NCBI GenBank assembly: GCA_003345595.1
Contig: PRDI01000119.1
Span: 1-13,577 of the forward strand
DNA: 13,577 nt
Origin: Candidatus Thorarchaeota archaeon
GTDB lineage: Archaea > Asgardarchaeota > Thorarchaeia > Thorarchaeales > Thorarchaeaceae
Reading direction: 5' to 3'
The translations under genes were made by a program, and so were the position numbers. Below are positions 1 through 6,064 of the stretch, piece after piece (positions within the stretch are counted from its first letter, which is position 1; each line of letters begins with the position of its first letter). Under the pieces are notes generated by a model that was given only the letters and a program-made list of their open reading frames with translations, made no database searches and was not told where the DNA came from.

Positions 1-2
1 AT

Positions 3-1796
3 GTCCACCTTGAGTGGAGGATTGCGGACGCATACACAGATTTCATACCTGCTTGGACCGACTGTGAAGCCGACACTTGGTATTCGTGCGAGTGGAGATT
101 CAGTCAGGAAGCGTTCACTGGACACTGCTGGGATCACGGTGATACATTCACAGGGGGATATTACAAATCGTACCCCACGGCGAGTGGGTACTTGAAGTAC
201 TTCAACGTTCCAAGTAGCCATGAAACCAGACCCAACAGCTACTGGACCGACGATGTCTACATCAGGAACTACCTCGCACCTGAGCCAACTCATGGCAGCT
301 GGGTGTATGAGTCCGTCAGCGTTGAGATAGATCACCCGAGCGATGTTCTGTATGAGAAGGGCGCAGAGGCCCACGAGCTCAGATGGTCACACACGTCGTT
401 TCTGCCGGAAACGTTTGAGGTCTGGCGCAACGAGTCGCTGGTTGACTCAGGCGTCTGGGATGGCGGTCCGATTGTGGCTGACATAGAGAATCTTTCACTT
501 GGGACCTACAACTATACCAACGTCATTCACTTTAATGGTACAGAGGCCTCGGACGTCGTCATGGTAAGGGTTGTAGATACGACAGCCCCCTATGTGGTAG
601 GTCCAAGTGATTTTGTGTACGAAGTCGGGACACCAGGCCATTTCATAGTGTGGAACGCAAGCGATGTGTTGCCGGACTCCTACTGGATCACTATGAACGA
701 AACTGACTATGGCCATGGTGACTGGAATGGTTTGTCAGTGGCCTACAATCTGACCGGGCTTGACCTTGGCATGTATCTGTTCACCCTGCATCTCAATGAC
801 ACCTCCGGACATGTCACTGCTGACCTGATCACGGTGTGGATTGTAGATACGACAGCCCCGTATTTGGTAGGTCCGAGTGATTTTGTGTACGAAGCCGGGA
901 CACCAGGCCATTTCATAGTGTGGAACGCAAGCGATGTGTTGCCGGACTCCTACTGGATCACCTTGAACGAAACTGACTATGGTCGCGGCAACTGGAACGG
1001 TGTCTCAATCACGCTCAATGTGACGGGATTTGATCCTGCCATGTACCTGTTCACGCTGCAGCTCAATGACACTTCCGGGCATGTTACTACTGACTCTGTG
1101 ACCGTAATCGTGACTGACACAACGCCTCCGGTCAGTTCTCACCCAGTTGACGTTGAATACGAATTTGGAACAACTGGGCACAGAATCCATTGGACAGCAA
1201 TCGATTTGTACCCTGGGGTGTACTTCATCTACCAGAACGCTGTTCTCAATCGCTCTGACGTTTGGACTGAGTCTACCGTTGAATTCAGCATTGATGCTCT
1301 TGACCTCGGCGACCACAACTTCACGATAGTGTTCAGGGATTTGTACGGTAACACTGTTAGAGACACAGTGTTTGTTTTGGTTGTGGACACTACACATCCT
1401 CTGATAGATGAAATCAACGACCTAACATACTTGGAAGGATCAACCGGCAATCATCTCATCTGGCATCCATCAGACTTGAAACCGATTTCGTATGCTGTCT
1501 ATGTCAACGGGACTCTGAAACATTCTGGTATTTGGAATGGGTCAACAATCGGAATCGATGTAGATGGCTATCTGCCGGGTGTCTACGCCTTTCAGATAAT
1601 CGTGAGTGACAGTTCAGGAAACTCAGCTGCAGACTGGGTGATCTTGACGGTCACGCCCACTATTTGGACAATGGTGCTGCCATATCTTCCTTCGATAGGG
1701 ATTGCCGCATTGGTCATATTCATCCTCGCAGCTGCCGCGAGGTACTTCAGATCTCGTCCTCAGGCCCCAGCCTACTCGGACAAGTACTATCACTGA
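3..1796 (+). CDS. Type I membrane-anchored cell-surface glycoprotein with five ~90-aa Ig-like repeats; 5'-truncated. The visible N-terminal part resembles the end of a DUF2341/LamG-like lectin module.
   Basis: Frame 3 is open from base 3 (VHLEWRIADAYTDF...SGYLKYFNV), so TTG at 192 is probably not the start. Five repeats follow the pattern DTTxP-x-(P)xD-xxY-ExG-xxGHxIxW...W(N/D)G...LxLGxYxFT...DxxGNxxxDxVxVxV. There are many NxS/T sequons and a C-terminal TM helix (VLPYLPSIGIAALVIFILAAAA) followed by a basic tail. DDVYIRNYLAPEPTHGSW resembles, from memory, the motif ending archaeal DUF2341-associated domains. Confidence 0.88.
   Translation, partial: VHLEWRIADAYTDFIPAWTDCEADTWYSCEWRFSQEAFTGHCWDHGDTFTGGYYKSYPTASGYLKYFNVPSSHETRPNSYWTDDVYIRNYLAPEPTHGSWVYESVSVEIDHPSDVLYEKGAEAHELRWSHTSFLPETFEVWRNESLVDSGVWDGGPIVADIENLSLGTYNYTNVIHFNGTEASDVVMVRVVDTTAPYVVGPSDFVYEVGTPGHFIVWNASDVLPDSYWITMNETDYGHGDWNGLSVAYNLTGLDLGMYLFTLHLNDTSGHVTADLITVWIVDTTAPYLVGPSDFVYEAGTPGHFIVWNASDVLPDSYWITLNETDYGRGNWNGVSITLNVTGFDPAMYLFTLQLNDTSGHVTTDSVTVIVTDTTPPVSSHPVDVEYEFGTTGHRIHWTAIDLYPGVYFIYQNAVLNRSDVWTESTVEFSIDALDLGDHNFTIVFRDLYGNTVRDTVFVLVVDTTHPLIDEINDLTYLEGSTGNHLIWHPSDLKPISYAVYVNGTLKHSGIWNGSTIGIDVDGYLPGVYAFQIIVSDSSGNSAADWVILTVTPTIWTMVLPYLPSIGIAALVIFILAAAARYFRSRPQAPAYSDKYYH
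571..1110 (+). repeat. Intragenic 270-bp tandem duplication (Ig repeats 2 and 3)
   Basis: 571-840 and 841-1110 align without gaps, both starting ttgtagatacgacagcccc. 626-691 and 896-961 are identical over 66 bp. Confidence 0.95.
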
Positions 1797-1845
1797 TTCA
1801 CTAGAATAGGTTCGTCGTCACAAAACAACCGAGAAAGGCTCCAGA

Positions 1846-1941
1846 CCGGCACTACGGATTGCCCATTCGGAGCGCAGCTAGAATCTGTCGACTTGACAAC
1901 AGACGGCTGCAGCTCCTTTCTAATGGGCAAAAAGCAGTCGG
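1846..1941. other. Long imperfect intergenic hairpin between convergent genes
   Basis: Nested pairings: TTGCCCATT 1859-1867 / AATGGGCAA 1922-1930; GGAGC 1869-1873 / GCTCC 1912-1916; GCAGC 1874-1878 / GCTGC 1906-1910; TCTGT 1884-1888 / ACAGA 1899-1903. G-U pairs extend the inner and outer stems on the minus strand. Confidence 0.65.
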
Positions 1942-2032
1942 CAAGATGCCGAACGGCCGTCGATTCGTTGGAAGTGGGCGTCAGACTTGAGTGCGAACAA
2001 ACTCGATAACTGTGGAAGCGATGCTCTGGAGT

Positions 2033-2287
2033 TCACCAGTCTTCGTCCCAGTCGTCATCGTCGCTCCAATCGTCTTCGTCGCCCCAATCGTCGCCATCGT
2101 CACCATCGTCTTCATCGCGGAACCAGAACAACCGGTTCACCTCGCGGGTCTTCGCCTCTGAATAAGTATTAAGCACATCCCAGACCAACTGGGCAGATGA
2201 TATTCCTTTCTGGCGGATCCAAAGACGATCTATCACTCCCCGGCGCCATTCGAGTATTATCCCTGCTTTTGGCGTGACTCTGCCCAT
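2033..2287 (-). CDS. Small protein with a possible ribbon-helix-helix-like N-terminus and an acidic Trp-repeat C-terminal tail
   Basis: 84-aa ORF from ATG to TGA. GISSAQLVWDVLNTY resembles the RHH turn and second helix (GISRSELIREAL-type). The tail is DEDDGDDGDDWGDEDDWSDDDDWDEDW. Confidence 0.7.
   Translation of the reverse strand: MGRVTPKAGIILEWRRGVIDRLWIRQKGISSAQLVWDVLNTYSEAKTREVNRLFWFRDEDDGDDGDDWGDEDDWSDDDDWDEDW
2036..2116 (-). repeat. Low-complexity imperfect 9/18-bp coding repeat (DDG / xDxDDW units)
   Basis: Plus-strand units ccagtcgtcatcgtcgct, ccaatcgtcttcgtcgcc and ccaatcgtcgccatcgtc encode Trp at 6-residue spacing. Confidence 0.8.
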
Positions 2288-2296
2288 TCATATGAA
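2287..2296. promoter_or_regulatory. 10-bp perfect palindrome TTCATATGAA abutting the start codon; candidate operator
   Basis: Self-complementary sequence in the short divergent intergenic region. A second palindrome, CCAATTGG, lies at 2324-2331. Function is inferred only. Confidence 0.3.
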
Positions 2297-2389
2297 CGAA
2301 AAGGTAATATCTGACTTAATGCGCCAATTGGGAAGTGTCACCGATTCGGGATTGTGACCACGTCATCAACGTTATCAGTATGGGGACCC

Positions 2390-3352
2390 ATGAAAGCAGC
2401 AGAGGCTTCTTCTGAAAAACCCGTGCTGCGGCAGGATGTGATTCATTCGACCGAGTCCAGTACGCCATCGCTTTCTTCGAAGCAAAGCTCCCTCAATGGT
2501 CAGGTGCACCTAGTCGTTCTCTTTGCACCCATGAAGGAGTTTGCGGCTGCGACGGAGAGAATCGATGGAATCAAGGCCTTGGGCAGAGGAGTCTACATGG
2601 TCCACGCCAAGTCCTCAGAGGCAAGGGACCTAGTCACTGGCATTCGTCACATCTCTTTCAAGAAGACCAGAGCAATCCCGCGAGTGAAGGAGGCAAGCCT
2701 TGGTGCTTCTGAGAACAGGACCTACACGGTTGTGTCCTATAGCTTTGATGGCCCCTCTGCACAGCAGAAGACACAGGCCCAGAGGCTGATCCGCAGGTCG
2801 CCATGTGTCAGGCTGAGACCGGGCGTCCTCTTGTTTCCTCATCTTAGAAAGAAGGAGTTTGAGAGGTACTACCTCAGGGACGCTAAGCATCAGCTCTACA
2901 ATGCAAGGGCCTTCGTGACGAAAATGGTCGAGAACGGTGCAACCGTACGACGTTGGTCTCGGCTGAGGCTGATTGGTCCCTCTAGCGAGGAGCTTGTGGG
3001 CAAAGCCATACAGAGAATGGTTTCAACTGAGCTCTCATCCATTGAGTTTCAACTCGCCCGGCTGCGAGAAGTCGCCGCGAAGCCAGGTGTTCCGCCGAGA
3101 AAGCTCAAGGAGCGGTTCACTGTCCTCGCCAGGAGATTCAGGGTTCTCAGGGCCAATTTCACGGTTGTCCAAAACATATGGCACCATGACACCCAGAAGG
3201 ACCTGAGGCGGACGTATAGCCTAGTATTGAAGACACGCCACGAGATCGCGGCAGTGGTAGAAGGTTCAGTGCCGTTTCACGACACAGGTAACTCCTCTGA
3301 AGTACGTTTGGAGCTCAGCCCCACCAACGCGACTGAGACCGACAAGTCCTGA
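2390..3352 (+). CDS. Basic protein with a Cas2-like ferredoxin-fold domain (PaaX central / ChrB N-terminal type) and a helical C-terminal region
   Basis: YTVVSYSFDGPSAQQKTQAQRLIRRSPCVRLRPGVLLFP fits the beta-alpha-beta pattern of PaaX/ChrB-N (hhhYshP...R..h.R.L...G...L..GVhhhP), followed by Arg-rich amphipathic helices. ATG 2390 chosen as start; in-frame GTG at 2354 is an alternative. Confidence 0.65.
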   Translation: MKAAEASSEKPVLRQDVIHSTESSTPSLSSKQSSLNGQVHLVVLFAPMKEFAAATERIDGIKALGRGVYMVHAKSSEARDLVTGIRHISFKKTRAIPRVKEASLGASENRTYTVVSYSFDGPSAQQKTQAQRLIRRSPCVRLRPGVLLFPHLRKKEFERYYLRDAKHQLYNARAFVTKMVENGATVRRWSRLRLIGPSSEELVGKAIQRMVSTELSSIEFQLARLREVAAKPGVPPRKLKERFTVLARRFRVLRANFTVVQNIWHHDTQKDLRRTYSLVLKTRHEIAAVVEGSVPFHDTGNSSEVRLELSPTNATETDKS

Positions 3353-3425
3353 CGGATGTCGAGATCTGTTCTCACCAAAGCAGTCTTAGGGTTCAAACAC
3401 AACGAATCATCTTGGTGCAAGAACA

Positions 3426-4226
3426 GTGATTCGGTTGGCTGTGGGGCAATTCGAGCCTAGAGTGGGTGACTTGGCAGGGAATATGCGGAAGGTTGAGTCG
3501 CTCCTCGGATCCGCTAAAGTCAACGGTGTGGACGTGTTGGTGCTGCCAGAACTGGCGAACTCCGGATATGTATTCAATTCGCGAGATGAAGCCATTGGCC
3601 TGTCGGAGGAGGTACCTGCGGGGCCATTCTCAAAGCTTCTACAGACTTTCTCAAAGCAGGACCGACTCGTTGTCAGCGGGATATGTGAGAGAGAAGGCAC
3701 CAATCTGTACAATTCGGCGGCCGCGCTCGGAAATGGAAAGCTCTTGGCAACCTACCACAAAGTACACCTATTCAACAGGGAGGGCGAGTGGTTCTTGCCG
3801 GGCGACAAAGAGCCCCCTGTCTTCGAGTACGGAGGTTTCAAGTTCGGTCTGATGATTTGTTTTGACTGGGCGTTCCCCGAGATGGCCCGCGTGTTGACCT
3901 TGAAAGGAGCTCAGGTGATTCTGCACCCCGCGAACCTTGTGCTGCCCTATTGCCAGAATGCAATGATAACCAGGTCGGTTGAAAACCGGGTATTCACTGC
4001 CACGGCGAACCGCATTGGGAGAGAGAGGAGTATGACCTTTTCAGGTGTTTCTCAAGTAACGAGTCCAAGAGGGGAGGTGCTGGTCAGAGTGGGTGCTATG
4101 GATGAGGGCTTGTTTTGGGTCGACGTCAATCCAAGCGACGCCGACGACAAGATGATCACAGAGTACAATCACGTGCTCAACGACAGGCGGCCGATGATCT
4201 ATAAGAGGCTCACGCGGGTTTCCTGA
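3426..4226 (+). CDS. Carbon-nitrogen hydrolase (nitrilase superfamily, PH0642-like amidohydrolase)
   Basis: The Glu-Lys-Cys triad motifs LVLPEL, YHKVHLF and ICFDWAFPE are present, plus LYNSA, TRSVEN and ANRIG. GTG start. Confidence 0.95.
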   Translation: MIRLAVGQFEPRVGDLAGNMRKVESLLGSAKVNGVDVLVLPELANSGYVFNSRDEAIGLSEEVPAGPFSKLLQTFSKQDRLVVSGICEREGTNLYNSAAALGNGKLLATYHKVHLFNREGEWFLPGDKEPPVFEYGGFKFGLMICFDWAFPEMARVLTLKGAQVILHPANLVLPYCQNAMITRSVENRVFTATANRIGRERSMTFSGVSQVTSPRGEVLVRVGAMDEGLFWVDVNPSDADDKMITEYNHVLNDRRPMIYKRLTRVS

Positions 4227-4581
4227 CCTTGACAGGAAGTCTGCCCCGCACGTCCTCAGCAGGGTACTTCTTGGCGTTCTTCACAAGCTTGTCAGTTATG
4301 GCCTTGGAGGGACTGATGCCAACTCTGTCACACATTCTGAGCAGGTATATCATGACATCTGCGACCTCATCTGCAATTGCTGTTCGATACTCGTCTGACT
4401 TCAGCTGTGACTCGATCTCTTCATCGGTGCGCCATTGGAAGAGTTCGAGCAGTTCACTCGTTTCTATGGCGGCTGAGATTGCGAGTGCTGAAGGCTTGTG
4501 ATACTTCTGCCAGTTCCTCTCCTCCACGAATCGGCGCACTTGGAGCAAGAGCTCCTCCAGTGAGGTTTCTGAGGGAGTCAC
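4210..4581 (-). CDS. MazG-like nucleotide pyrophosphohydrolase (dCTP pyrophosphatase/DCTPP1 type)
   Basis: FVEERNWQKYH-P, ETSELLELFQW and DEVADVMIYL (ExxE...ExxD metal motif), ending NAKKYP. GTG start. Overlaps the end of the convergent hydrolase gene by 17 bp. Confidence 0.93.
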   Translation of the reverse strand: MTPSETSLEELLLQVRRFVEERNWQKYHKPSALAISAAIETSELLELFQWRTDEEIESQLKSDEYRTAIADEVADVMIYLLRMCDRVGISPSKAITDKLVKNAKKYPAEDVRGRLPVKVRKPA

Positions 4582-4598
4582 CTATGGCACCTGCGTTT

Positions 4599-5135
4599 CT
4601 ACCCTTTGGAGAGCGTGCGTTGGATCAGCCATAGACTGTACATGCACATGATAACAATCAGCGTACAGATGGACATGAGGGACGTGCCGAGAGCTGGGAA
4701 AAGAGGAACGCCGACCACAATTAGCGAGGTAGTGTCTACAACTCCCAGCATCCCACAGATGAGGATGACTATCATATTCGTGAAACCGCCAAACCTCAGG
4801 TTTGTTTCTGGGTTTTTGACCCAGATCAGGAAGCCGAAGGTCATACCTGCTGTAACAAGCATGACTAGAAAGTAGGCACCCACGAAGGTCCAGCTCCAGG
4901 CTGCCCACGCGGCTGGAGGGGTGAAGATCACAAACACAAACCCGATGACCATGAGAAAGAAGACTATCCTAGGCCAGGGGTCGTCTACGAAAGGCACTTT
5001 CTCTTCTTCGATTGGTTGGGTGGAAACAAATTCCTCTTCCTCCGACCCTTCTGCCTCTTCTGCATCTGGGAAGGTTTCTTCTCCCTCTTCATAGATTCCT
5101 TCGTCGTCAGTGGGGGTCTTGTCCTTGTGACTCAT
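4599..5135 (-). CDS. Hypothetical membrane protein with 4 TM helices and a ~50-aa acidic N-terminal tail
   Basis: 178-aa ORF with an E/D-rich N-terminus and four hydrophobic segments. It lies 17 bp upstream of the MazG-like gene, so the two are probably co-transcribed. Confidence 0.85.
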   Translation of the reverse strand: MSHKDKTPTDDEGIYEEGEETFPDAEEAEGSEEEEFVSTQPIEEEKVPFVDDPWPRIVFFLMVIGFVFVIFTPPAAWAAWSWTFVGAYFLVMLVTAGMTFGFLIWVKNPETNLRFGGFTNMIVILICGMLGVVDTTSLIVVGVPLFPALGTSLMSICTLIVIMCMYSLWLIQRTLSKG

Positions 5136-5179
5136 ATGCTGGCCTCGGGCTTCTGACTGCGCGAGTGTGAAATGTTCTC

Positions 5180-5281
5180 GTTAAAACCCTTGTGTCCAAA
5201 CCTAGTCGAGCCACACGACGAAGGCTTTCAAGTCGCGTTTCTCGCCTGACCTATGAAGTCCGCATGCAATATTGTTAAAAC
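5180..5281. promoter_or_regulatory. Candidate divergent archaeal TATA boxes
   Basis: GTTAAAAC occurs twice, at 5180-5187 and 5274-5281. TTAAAA 5275-5280 is 24-29 nt upstream of ATG 5304 (leaderless spacing). Minus-strand TTTTAA 5186-5181 lies upstream of ATG 5135. Confidence 0.4.
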
Positions 5282-5303
5282 ACTCGACGGCCGAGTTGGC
5301 CTC

Positions 5304-5909
5304 ATGTCTTTCGAGGGTCAGACTTCTGAACAGTGGCTGGCAAGTGCACGTTCCCTCAGGCAGAAAGGACAGAACAAGAAGTCCATCGAGGCGTATCAGA
5401 AAGCACTCAAGGCTGACCCCAGTTCCGTCGTTGCCATGAACGAGATGGGCTTGGTTCATGTGCATGTTGGTGAGCAAAACGAGGCAATCAGAGCCTTTGA
5501 GAAAGCAATATCACTTGCGCCCAACGACGCAGAAGGTTATGCGAACAAGGCGGAAGCTTACCTGACAGTCGGCTCTTTCGATGACGCGCTTAAGACAGCT
5601 GAGGAAGGACTCAAACATGCGCCGACCAATGCAACCCTATGGGCACGAAAGGCAAGAGCTCTGGAGAGCCTTCTTAGGATCCAAGACGCGGTCGATTGTT
5701 ACAATGAGGCCCTCAAGTACAACTCCGCCGACCCTGGGATATGGAAAGCACTTGCACTCTGCCTAGATGCACAGGAGAAGTGGACTGAGGTTGCCAGGGC
5801 TTACAGGATTGCTGCCAATCTGCATAAGAAGCGTGGAGAGCTGCAGGACGCCGAGAGCTGCTTCAAGTTCGCTCAGATGGCGGAAGACTCATCAGAGTCC
5901 ATGGCATAG
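5304..5909 (+). CDS. Tetratricopeptide repeat (TPR) protein, about 5 repeats
   Basis: ~34-aa periodic helical pattern (AYQKALKADP, AFEKAISLAP, AEEGLKHAP, CYNEALKYNS). ATG 5304 is preferred over 5253 because of TATA-box spacing and because the TPR pattern starts right after it. Confidence 0.9.
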   Translation: MSFEGQTSEQWLASARSLRQKGQNKKSIEAYQKALKADPSSVVAMNEMGLVHVHVGEQNEAIRAFEKAISLAPNDAEGYANKAEAYLTVGSFDDALKTAEEGLKHAPTNATLWARKARALESLLRIQDAVDCYNEALKYNSADPGIWKALALCLDAQEKWTEVARAYRIAANLHKKRGELQDAESCFKFAQMAEDSSESMA

Positions 5910-5955
5910 ACTGTGCTCACATATCCCGATCACCGCGGGGGCACGATGTTATGTG

Positions 5956-6028
5956 TCGCAGGAGGGGCCATGCCCCATCCTGTCGAGGAACCATAGGCCT
6001 ATGCTTATTGGCCTCCCTTGATGGGCCA
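5956..6028. other. Three tandem inverted repeats between convergent genes (possible terminator or 3'-stability structure)
   Basis: TCG-CAGGA-GGGGC-cat-GCCCC-a-TCCTG-t-CGA at 5956-5986; perfect palindrome CATAGGCCTATG at 5992-6003; TGGCCT/GGGCCA at 6009-6028. Confidence 0.45.
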
Positions 6029-6064
6029 GTTCAGTGTCTTAGGAATCAACATTGCATGCGACTG

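Noticed and set aside
1-195. 64-aa ORF in frame 1, or a frameshift at the start of the surface protein
   Set aside because: Frame 3 is continuously open from base 3 into the 192..1796 ORF, so the gene is simply cut by the window edge and the frame-1 ORF is a shadow.
571-1110. Diversity-generating retroelement TR/VR pair
   Set aside because: Mismatches are not adenine-specific (C/G, G/T and T/C occur), both copies are in-frame tandem domains, and there is no reverse transcriptase in the window.
1987-2172. Arg/His-rich 61-aa ORF on the + strand
   Set aside because: It is the antisense shadow of the GAC/GAT/TGG repeat of the minus-strand gene.
2390-3352. CRISPR-Cas locus
   Set aside because: There is no repeat-spacer array, cas1 or other cas gene, and the protein is much longer than Cas2 and lacks the YD motif.
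3426-4581. Nitrilase + MazG-like genes as an anti-phage or pyrimidine-salvage system
   Set aside because: The genes are convergent, both are common housekeeping families, and no defence-associated partners are adjacent.
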